Shown here: positions 24,123 through 34,540 of the stretch, in pieces
How positions within the stretch are numbered: the stretch's first letter is position 1
Layout of the letters: the number at the start of each line of letters is the position of its first letter
Assembly (NCBI GenBank): GCA_013239625.1
Contig: MU056262.1
Coordinates: 9,462,134 to 9,526,133 of the forward strand
DNA: 64,000 bases
Reading direction: 5' to 3'
Source of the DNA: Lama guanicoe
Taxonomy: Eukaryota
Program-made: the position numbers and the translations under genes
Notes under the pieces: model-generated
The model's database searches: none
What the model was told of the DNA's origin: nothing
What the model saw: only the letters and a program-made list of their open reading frames with translations

Positions 24123-25433
24123 CTTGAGATACAGCGCTCCCTTTGAGGCCAGGCTGTCGGAGAACCGCCCGTTGGGGTAACAGTGATAGGCCACGTCCAT
24201 GATGGGGTAGCGGCTGGCAAAGAAGAGGCCGCTGTTGAGATACTTGAAGCTGCAGCAGCCGTGGCAGCCGTAGACTCCGACATCATAGAGGATGTACTCG
24301 AAGTAGCCATGTAGCTGGTCTTTCAACTTGGCGGCCGCCCGCTTGTCAAACACCTCCTGTAGGCACAGGAAGTCCAGGTTGGCGGGGAAGAAGGCTGAGA
24401 CCTCGTGGTCAAAGGCTTCATCCGGGTGCCGCCTCCTGCGCGCAGCTGCCTTCTTCACCACCGAGGCCTTGTACGGGAGCTTGCTGTTGGCGCCTGGCTC
24501 CCCACTGCCGCCGTCGGCCCGTGCCTTCACCAGGGACTCCCTGGAGGCTGAGGGGCTGCCCAGGCTTCCCGAGTCCCCATCCTGCTGACTGTGGTTGGGC
24601 GTCTGGCCACGGCCAGCCCCGTTCCTGGCCTGGCCCCCAGCAGGGGGGTCGAAGGCTTCGGGGGGCCGGCCCCCCTCATCACCACCGATGCGCACGATGC
24701 AGGCATCCTCAGGGCTGCCACTGTCGGTTGCGGCGGGGTCCCCAGAGGCCAGGCCATTGGCAGCCTCATCATTGGGGTGACGCCCGCCGTCGCCCTTGTA
24801 CTCCACAGAGGCCGTCCTCTTAATGCTTCCAGGGACGGCCCGGGGCACGCCATCACTTCCCTGCGGTGACACCAGACTACTGAAGCTGGCCGCGCTGATG
24901 GAGGTATTGGTGGGTGAGTCGATGTAGATTTTGATCTGGGGCCTGCTGGCTCCATTGCGGATTCTCTGCCCTATCTCTTTGGCCCGGGCTTGGGTGTTGA
25001 AAACGTTGTTGAACCTGGCCAGTGAATCAGGGAGGAGGCAGAGGTTGGCGGTGGCAAAACAGAAGCTTTTGCCAGGACCAGTACCCTTCCATTCACTAAG
25101 CAGGGCTGCCCCGCCGGTAGGGCCCTTGTCCTCCAGCCGGGAGTAGACGTAGGGCCGGCGGGCAGACTGCAGGGGGGACCAGAGGAGGAACCCAAGGAAT
25201 GCGAAGGGCAGTGAGGCGACCAGGAGGGCCAGGTAGACGGGTGTGAAGAGCACGGTGCAGAGCAGCTGGAGGTAGCACGGGTCGTCAGCCCGCTGGCGTT
25301 TCTCGTAGGTGGTGGGTATGAAGGAGGCCAAGAGCCGGTCCGCCAGCCAGTAGCATGGGAAGATGAGGGCCCAGGACACGGCGTGCAGGGCGGACAGACA
25401 GCTATTGGGAAAGGGGGTTGTGTACAAAACCAT
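24123..25433 (-). CDS. SMPD3: SMPD3 (neutral sphingomyelinase 2) first coding exon, codons 1-437: two N-terminal hydrophobic segments, PQIKIY motif, disordered insert, start of catalytic domain (DFLCLQEVFD)
   Basis: ORF 23976..25433 begins MVLYTTPFPNSCLSALH; ATG in gcgATGg context; donor AAG|gtagga at 24123/24122. Confidence 0.99.
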
Positions 25434-25645
25434 CGCAGCTCACTGGGCGCCGCGGCCGGCCCTACTACATGGTGTCCGTGGCAGTGCGGGCACTTTCCTG
25501 GGTGGGGTGGGTGAGTAGGGGGCAGCTGGAGGAGGGGTCACCTCCTGGTGAGACGGGACTCTGGATGGTCAGCGGCACGTGTTAGCCAGCCAGTCATGGT
25601 TCACCTCAGTGGGCCATGCTGGGCCACCAAGGCCTGCTGGAGAAC
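25434..25645 (-). other. SMPD3: SMPD3 5'UTR portion of the first coding exon (212 nt), containing three uORFs
   Basis: Acceptor ctcactttgttttgcag|GTT at 25646/25645. Confidence 0.85.
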
Positions 25646-25829
25646 CTGCAAAACAAAGTGAGGAGACTTTCATTCATCTTTAGGGGAGCAGGTCAGATGC
25701 TGGGGCCATTGACTTGCTCACCCTGTTCCTGCCTCCTCTGACTGTTCCAAGGACCAGGCCAGAGCCAGCAGGCTCTCTTGGGGTGTTTGGGGCCAGGAGC
25801 TGGCCTGGCCCACTCCATTTTCCTGTATG

Positions 25830-25895
25830 TGTTTGGTTCTCTTAGAGTAAACTGCTTGGTGATGTTTGGTTCTCTTAGAGTAAACTGCTTGGTGA
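25830..25895 (+). repeat. Perfect 33-bp tandem duplication (tgtttggttctcttagagtaaactgcttggtga)x2
   Basis: Two identical adjacent copies, 25830-25862 and 25863-25895. Confidence 0.97.
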
Positions 25896-28800
25896 CATGA
25901 CTGTCTCTAGCTGACCATTTTGACCTTGTAACCTAATTGGTTGAAAACTGGCCCAGGATTTGGGGAGCCAGGGGTGTGTTCAGAACAGGTGAGGGGAGAG
26001 CCTGAGTCAGAGGCACTGCAAACACAGATGCCTGTCACTGAGTGCCCACTGGGTCAAGACAGTGAGAGAATAAACTGCAGAGAAAAGGTGCCAGAGGGTC
26101 CTAGGGTGGAGGGCAGTGTGGCTGGCAGGACCCCTGGGAGGAGGGCCCCCCACAACTAGGCTCTCACTGTGCCCCAGCTTCCAGCCTCAGACCATCGCTG
26201 CCATCCCACCCCTGCTGACCCCCAGCAGAAATCCCTGCCTGACAAGGATCCAGGCACAGCATGGGCCTTCCCAGGTTCCAGAATGATCAGAGTTACCCAG
26301 TTACAGGGGACTCTGATGCTCTCTGTGACTTTTGAAGAAGCTCCCTGAGGTTTGAGGGTCGGCCCCAAGCTTCTCTCAGCCCCCAAGGTGTAGTTTCAGG
26401 GCCCAGCTAAGGTCCACAGCTGCCAGAGTGAGTCACCCCAGGTCCCGACCCCAGCCAGTGCAGGAGCTGCCTTGGATCTCAGAGCAGGCCCAGGGCCCCG
26501 CATGGGAGAGGCCGCAGGTGCAGTCATTGTGCTGAATGTAGAATCAATAAAGACAAGAGTCTGGAGTGTTTACCCAGCCTCCAGGAACCCAAGGCTGATC
26601 CTTCTGTGGTAAAGCTGGTATAAGCATAACGCAGAGTTTTCATGACCAGATCAGCTGGGGAACTCGTTTCCTGCTCACTGTCTCACTGGCCCAGCCCTGT
26701 CTGCCCTGGCACCTTGGCGTCTGTGTCCATTATGCCATTCGTCCTGGCCCCACACCCTCCCTTCTTCCTGCCTTCCTGGTCACCCCAGCCAGGACCTGGG
26801 TGCATTGTGGACTCCGCCCTCCCTCAGTCCCTACGTCCCATGAGTCCGTCTTATGTATCCAAGCACCCCTGCAGCCCCTGTGCTGGTCCAGGACTGTGAC
26901 ACACATCACTCACTTTCCTGGCCTTTTCCCCATCAGGCCATCCTCCACATGATGGCTAGAGGGACTCTGTCTAATCTGACCATGTCACAGACGCTTCAGC
27001 CCCATTGAGGCCTTGCTCAGCCCTTTTGGGCACTGCATCTCCTCAGCCAGGCCTGCCCATGTCTGCAGCCCCAGCCACCTTTGTGCTCACCTCCCAGTTG
27101 CTGGGGTGTGGTTTCCTGTTCATGCCCTGCTATTTCCTCTGGCCCTCGTCTAGCCCACCGCTCTTCTTCTAAGATTCAGCTTAGAAATCACCTCCTCAGG
27201 CTCTTTTGTCCCCCTTGCCAGATGGCTTACCTCCACTGTACCCCTTGTGCGTGGCCTGGTCTCTGCAGTTCTAGATCATGAATGCTCACAGTGTGAGGCT
27301 ACCTCCCCAGCAGAATCAGGGACTTCTTGAAAGAAGGGGCTACACTGAGGGTGCTGTGGATCCAGGGGCTGCACCAGGAGGAGCTCAGGAAATGAGTGAG
27401 TGAATGTTGGTTGATCAGCCCCACAGTGTCAGTCACACTTCCGTGGCCACCATTTGAACAGAATATAGTGTCTAAAGATGAACCTGAAGCTGGTGGCTGT
27501 GTCTGGTTCTGGAGAAAATGTTTCACAAAGGTTTTACTTACTTCAGAGGAAATCACGTTGAAGCAAACACTGGAAGTTTACGGTTTGGAGAAGCAGGTAT
27601 GTCTACTCACCACAGCCATCTGACTAGGAGCCCCTCCCTCAGGTGTGAGCAATGAGGCTTACCATCAAGGATGATGATGAAGCCAGAAGGCCATCCTCTG
27701 CATTCCTCCCACCCCCATGATATCCTGGAGCCTCAGACTCTACAGTGGCCTTCACCATCTCCCCTACACCCAATCCAGTCTCTGTCTAGGGACACTTTGT
27801 GCTCCTGTCCTCAGTAACCTCTTTCCTCACCCAGCCCCGACCTGGACTCCCCCATCATCTCAGATGCGCACTGCTGTCTGACCCCCAGGCGCCTGCACCT
27901 GCCGGGCTCTCTTCCTGAAACTCCTCTCCTGCCTTGTCTCTATCAGCTACTCCTTACTTACTTTTCAGGGCCCAGCTGAGATGCCACCTCCTGGGGTAAG
28001 GGGTAGGGGTGTCTGCCTTGATCCATCTAAGGCTGCCTGTGACCCCTGAAACCCTCTCCAAACTGTGCTGCCCTCCAAGCAGGACTGGCTCATGTTCCAC
28101 GGAGTGGCCGTAGCCTTGTTACGGGTCAGAGGTAAACACAGCCTAGCTTCGTAAAAGGCTTCCTGAGAGAAATTTCTTAAACCTGTTCTCCTGTGTGGCT
28201 CATCCCCAGCACTGGCTGATCAGGGTTGGGATTTGCTGTTAGCCATGACAGGGCTATTTGAGGGGCATGGGGGCTCTTCAGCTGCCCTAGGTCTTCCTTA
28301 CTCCTGCTGTGGCCCCAGAAGCCCTTCTGGGCAGGTTCCCTCCCCAGCCCTGCCTGCAGTGTCAGCGGTAGGCGTGATCTTTCTGCCTCCCCTGGGCAGG
28401 TCATAGGGATGTTTTTGGTCTCCATTCAGACATCAATGGGTTTAGGTGGCTGGCAGCCCAGAGGGCTGACAGGCAGCAGTGGCCACCACGACAGTCCTCC
28501 AAGATGTGGCAGACCTGAGCACCTCAGCGCTTCCTGCCTGCCAATCCTGGCCCTTCACAGCTACCTTGGGTCCCCTGTCCAGAGCCCCCCCACCAGCCTC
28601 CCCTCCCACAGCACCGTGGACAGAAGGAGCCTCTAGGGGCTGCCCACCTGCCCTGCTCCTGCATACAGTCCCTGCATCTACTCACAGAAGCTGCTGACGC
28701 AGTTGACACAAAAGGGATTGCCACCAGTGGAGCCAGTTTCTAAAGCTCTGTGGTTAATTATTTTGTCTCGGTGAAGTGAAAGGAGGGTAAACAAACAACA

Positions 28801-30889
28801 ACACATTAATTAGTCTGATCTGCACTTTCCCCATGAAAGAGAGCGAGAGTTAAACACTGGGGGCTGGCAGCTTCTCAGAGAACCTAGAGTCCTGGGAGGG
28901 CTGGCTGGGCAGGATGCGGCACACAGGGCCCAGCCTGCGCCCTTTCCAGCCCAGGTTCTGTCTCCCAGTGAGGAACTCCTGCCCCTCCTCCATGCCCCAG
29001 TTCTCCGCTTCCAAGTCCTGGCACTGGCACCTTTGCCACACTGAGCCTGCCATGGGACTGACAGGTCCCTCAAAGGCCACGTGTGCTGAGCTGTTGCCTG
29101 TCAACCCCGCAGGGTGGACTGCTCTTTCGGGTTCCTGTTTTAAAGCCTACAGTCACCCTCGGGCTTATCCTTATTCTGAATCCTAGTATGTGGCTTCCAG
29201 GGTTGCCTGGGATACCATCTGCCCCAATATCATGGTTTCCAGATGGGCTGGAGACCCAGACACCCTCAGGTCCCCATGGTCACTCCTGAGCACTGGGGTC
29301 AGTGTAGAGGTCTACACAGTGTCCACAGGAGGGCTCCCAGCAGTCAGAACTTTGTCTTAGAAGTAAAGACCCAGGCTTGCTCCTTAACCCAATTATGTGG
29401 CCTATTAGGTCCTGGGCAGGATCCGAGAGATTACAGGCCCAGCCACTCCCAAGCATGCAGTGCCTGGGGCATTGACAGAAAGCAGCTCACACAGCAGTTA
29501 GTCCTGTGGGTACTGATAATCTCTTGTGACCTGTCAACACTGAGACCCTGGTTGCTAACCTGTGACCTGTAGCTACCACAACACGGGAAAGGAGGACTCT
29601 GCTTAAAGTCACTATCCTGAGGGCTCTGGGGCAGGCTAATCTGCCATCCCCTGGAGAGGGCATCCCCAATAAGAGGGCCTGACCAGACCTGGTCCTGTTT
29701 GGGTATTGAAGATGAAGGGGTCAGGGAGGCAAGTCCCAGTAGCCTTGGTGGGCCAGCAGCAGTGGACAGGACTTCTGCTACTGGATGCCAAATAAGACTG
29801 GCATCAAGACAGCCATCCCACTTCCATCTCCCTGGGAAGTGGACCTGGCATGTGTGCTGGTATCCAAGATGAGCTGTACAGAGGCCCAAAATGTCCTAGG
29901 GCTACTGGCTTTGAATTTCTCCTGTGGCGTGAAAGTAAGCCAGACCAGTTCTTCTGGTCAAAGCAAGCCCTAGCCCCTCTGAGGAAGCCGCACCATCTTT
30001 TGGGATCTCTGAGCCTTTCTTGGGGAACTTCTGGGAATTTGATGAGGGTCAGGAGTTGCCCCATGTTGGGCTAGGATGGGACCTGGCCTTCCCACACCCC
30101 TTCCATCTAGTCCTCATGCCTGCTGAGCCCTCCCTTCCCAGCAGCAGGGCTGGGAGTCCTGGAGCAGAGGGACCTCCTCACATCTTCTCTGTGTCCACAG
30201 GTTCATATCTAGCAGGAGCTGGGCCAAGCCCCAGGTTTCCGCAGGAAAGGCAGAAAGGATTGCTCCAACCCAATTACCAGAATGTGCTCGTATCATTGGC
30301 AGCACTGAGATCGGCCGGCCCGTTTCTGCCTGGATGCCTGCTGGGGTGGGGTTGGCATGGCAACATGAGCTCTGAGCTGCCGAAACTTGGAGTCAACTCG
30401 TTGCCAGGAGGACAGAAAGAACGACAGAAGAGGATGCCTTTCTGTGTGATGTAGGTCAGACAAATCCTGGCTAATCCCTGAAAGCCACATACCATAAGCA
30501 GAACTGGGGCCTGGGGTCTGGCATGAATTCATGCGATGTAACGACAACTCCCACTTACACAGCTGTGCCAGGTAAATGCCTAGTCACCTTTCGAGATCCA
30601 AAGCGCCTGCCTCCCTTAAAGCCCTCCCTGGCCTCCCGACCCCTCTTACACCCTCCCTCCCTTGCAAAACCCCTGACTGTTCCTCTAATCAGAAGCATCT
30701 ATTTGCCCCCCACCAGCCTGGGAACTCCCAGCAGAGCAACAACAAGACCCAAATCCTAGCCTTCTCCAGCTCTGTGGCTGTGGCAGTCCTGCTTTTGTTT
30801 GCCCTGCTCCAATCCAGAGGGAGGACTATGCGCCACACCAGGCCAATTGGCACCACAGCCCCTTGATCCCAAGCTGAACAATCACACGA

Positions 30890-31190
30890 CCCTAGCTCTT
30901 TCTGGGCCCTTCAGGAAAGAGGCCTGCATTTTCTCTGAGATGGAAGCACTGAGAGCCTGAAGCTTTTGGAGCCTTCCTTGAGAGTGAATCCAATTTAGAG
31001 GAAAACAGACCTTAGATCTAGAAGGAGAGAGGCCAAGTCCCAGTGACATCTTTGAGCTTGTTTCCCTATGCTTGGGACCAACATAATGCCCAGACTTTCC
31101 AATTGGCAAAATACCCTTTTCTTTGTTCTAGACACCTTGAGTTGGGTTTCTGTCACTTGCCACCGAAAGAGTCCTGTCTCGTATACACCT
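30890..31190 (+). mobile_element. MLT1-type (MaLR) LTR relic
   Basis: Ends with gttgggtttctgtcacttgccaccgaaagagtcctgtctcgtataca, a typical old MLT1 3' end. Confidence 0.55.
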
Positions 31191-31369
31191 GCTACATGAT
31201 CTTTCTAAAACTTAGTTCTTATCAGTTCCCTTCCTGTGTAGACCTCCTGTGGGACCTCCTGTGATACCCCTTGGCCTGCCCACTGAGCAAAGGGGGGCCC
31301 CCTCCTGAGTCCTCGAAGGCCTGGCAAGATCCGGTGCCTGCAGTTTGTGCCCCACGAGCATATCCCAGA

Positions 31370-31565
31370 GATAGCAGTGTAGACATTACAGGCACAGACT
31401 CTGGTGTCAGATGTGCCGGGTTCAGGTTCTGCTGATATTGGACAAGTTACTTAACTGATTCTGAACTGTAGTTTCCTTATCTGTTAAACACACATAGTAA
31501 GAATATCTCAGGGCAGTTGGAGATGATGCATGGGCAGCACTTATCACGGTGTCTGCCACATCTCT
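31370..31565 (+). mobile_element. MIR interrupted by MER2
   Basis: gactctggtgtcaga...ggacaagttacttaac...agtttccttatctgt core. Confidence 0.6.
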
Positions 31566-31569
31566 AGTG

Positions 31570-31729
31570 CAGTCAGCCCTCCGTAAATGCGGTTCCTCAG
31601 TCTTCCATACCTGTGGATGTAGAACCCGTGGATATGGAGGGCCAACTATAAGGGACTTGAGCATCTCTGGACGTTGGTATCTGTGGAAGGTCCTGGAATC
31701 AATCCCCTGTGGATACTAAGGGATGACTA
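31570..31729 (-). mobile_element. MER2-like Tigger (Tc1/mariner) MITE, internally shortened
   Basis: TIR-like ends cagtcagccctccgta ... gatactaagggatgact; internal ataagggacttgagcatc. Confidence 0.75.
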
Positions 31730-34289
31730 TAATATTTTTATTATTGTTACTACTATTACTGTTAATTTCCTTGCTGCAAAAGCCCTTGGTACTGCTGGAG
31801 CTTCAAAGTTTCCTCCTTGTGTGGTTGGTTGCTTGACAAGGAACATGACGTGCTAATCCAGATGAGGGGTGAGGATGGTGCAGGGATGCCAGGGCCTCCA
31901 TCTCTGGGCAGGACTGTCTGTTGTGGGCTGCTCATACAAGCCCAAGTGAGAGGCCTCTGCAGATGCCAAATGCAGGCAGAAGGGCCATAAAATTTTCAAA
32001 AAGAAACTTTCCATGGGAGCTATTAATGCATCATGTGGTTTCTGAGAATAGGAACAGGCTGCAAGCAGCTCTGTGGCACTCCTTCAATCAGCCAGCCTTG
32101 GCATTTCCATGTCAGAACTCAGAAAGCCCAGATGAAGCCAATTCTTGCATGACTGGAAAGAAAATCTCTAGCCAGGTTGGCGGTATACATGCCAAGGTGC
32201 CTGAACTAACCTGATATTTAAAATTGCAGTACCTCTGGGTCCCTTGGGGCACTTGCCCTGGGAGTACCGGCTCCATCATAGGAGGGTGCTGAGTTTGAAG
32301 ATCTGGCCACCCTACCCTCTATGGCCTGCCATTCCAGAATCATCTATTGGTGACCAAAAAGGGGGCCATTAAGGGGAAGGCTGGATGGTGGCTGATACCT
32401 AAATCTATACCCAAGCCATCCTGAGCCGCATCTTCTCTCATCCTCATTTACCATTGTCTGACACTCAAGAACCTGCCTGCAGCCAGATCTGTCTGCCTAG
32501 AGTCTGCTGGAAGCTGAGGCCCACAGGGCTCCCACCAGTCCTGTGCTCTCAAAGGGGCTGGGCCCAGGGTTGGGGAGATCCTGAAGGGTGAGGGCTTCCT
32601 CCATGATGAAAATCAGGTCTGAGATTGCTCTGTTCACAGGATCTGCTCCACTTGGCACTGACAGGGCAGCGCCAGGGCACTGCCTTAATCGAGGCCCAAA
32701 TCAGGAGCCCATGTGCCAATAGCTGAGCATCTGGATGGGCATGGGCCGCCTACCTCAAGGGCTCTGAGCCGGCCCAGGTGCTAAACTCTGTGTCTGAGCA
32801 TCGCCTCACAAACATCCAGAAGCAGGAGATCCTGGAACCCCCCAGCAGGTCACATCACCTGCCTCAGGTGATCCCTATGCTGTCTGCTGCGTGACTAGCT
32901 AGGGGCCAGCCCCCAACATGCACCTGGTTGGCCAGCACCACCTCCACCCTCAGGAGAGTCCCTCCTCATAGACATCAGGAGGAATCTCGCTTCTCTCAGG
33001 CTCTGCTGTTGAGGCTTCTGTCCCAGCAAAGTCCCTGCTTCCCTGACATGAGGGCTGATGTTAATGGTTCATGAGCTGAACAAGGCTTGGAACATAGTTT
33101 GCTTAAGAAGCAATGACAACATACTTTCTGTGGGAGTAGAACTTTAAATACAAGTCCACACAAATGGCAGGATTTATGCAGACTCAGTGTTCAGCTGCGT
33201 TTCAAGTACAGCGTTTCCTCCTGGAATGGGTTGGCCTGCTGAACAGTGTGTAGGCATTTCAAGGCACCAGAGAACACAGATAAAGACAACAAACCTCCCT
33301 AAAACGGAACAGACTTGCTAAAGTTCTTCCGAAGGGAATCATTTCACATTCAGCCTCAAGTTTTGTATGCAAAGAACATTTAACAAACCGAGTCCTGGAG
33401 GAGAATTTATGCAGAGATTAAAAAGCAAATCAGTGTGAATGAGTAAATAAAATCAGGCGTCAGCACCTCATCCACCCTCCTCACAGCACTGGGCAGTCAG
33501 GCCCGAGGGCTACATTTCTGCACCAAGACTGGATCTCACTCACCACTGAGGGCTGAAGCCCTTTGTCCCGGACCCTTTCAGAGACCTTGGACCCCAGGCC
33601 ACTGCTACCCTCAGGTCCACAGTACCATAAGAGCCCTTGGCTCTGAGAGAACCAGCCAGAAGACCCCATCCCCCTGAGAGAGGATGCCCCAGCTCAGGCT
33701 GAACCATGGACTGCTTGCTTGAGGAGGCCTCTGACCTGCCTGTGGGGCTGTCCTGGGCCCGTTCCAGAATTTGTAACTGGGAGGGGATCGGGACTGCTGG
33801 AGTCTGTTGCCCAGGGGTATGGGCCTCAAAGCTTCATTTGCATACGATTGCGAATTAGTCATTCATCCTCAGCAAAGACCAGTAGGAAGACATCATGGGG
33901 GTCTACAGCCCCCTAAGTTCCCTCTAATTGCTGCTACCAAACCTGCCTTCCAAACCTGTCTTCTGAGGCTCTGGGTTCCAATTAACCCCTGGTCCTCTGG
34001 TAGTGGTGCATTGTCTACACCTGCTTTTGGCTGTTGAATCCTACATTTCTGAAAAGGGGGACAAGACCTCTTGGCTCTGGTCATGGAGACCACATGTCCC
34101 AGATTGCAGATGTAGACATGCTAGTATAGACCATGACACGTCTTTATTCAGGAGTGACTAACTTAAAAGATAAGCATGCTTTGCCTTCATGAAGATCCGG
34201 GTAGTCTTTTCTTCCCTTTGTGTCCACATCTGCCTCCAAGCCTGGGACAGGACTCTTGCCTCACTTCCTCTGGCCCCGAGAGCAACAGG

Positions 34290-34540
34290 AGCATGCTTTC
34301 TAGGCATGAGGCAGGATTGTACCTCCCAGTCTCCTTCCAGTTGGGTAGGATCGTGTGGCCAACTCTGGCCCATGAGCTGTGAGTGAATGATGTGTGTCAC
34401 TGCTGGGCCAGAGTACTTAACAGCAGATGTGAGACCTTCTAAAGTTTTCTTCTTCTGCCACATTGACCTGGGTCCCCGGCTGAACAGACATGGAGCAGGG
34501 CTCCAGCTAACCCACATGTAGTAACCCATCCTATCCAGCC
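34290..34540 (+). mobile_element. MLT1I/J-like MaLR LTR relic
   Basis: ctctggcccatgagctgtgagtgaatgatgtgtgtcactgctgggccagagtacttaa motif. Confidence 0.6.

Noticed and set aside
24328-25146. Several antisense and alternate-frame ORFs over the large SMPD3 exon
   Set aside because: Shadow ORFs of a GC-rich coding exon
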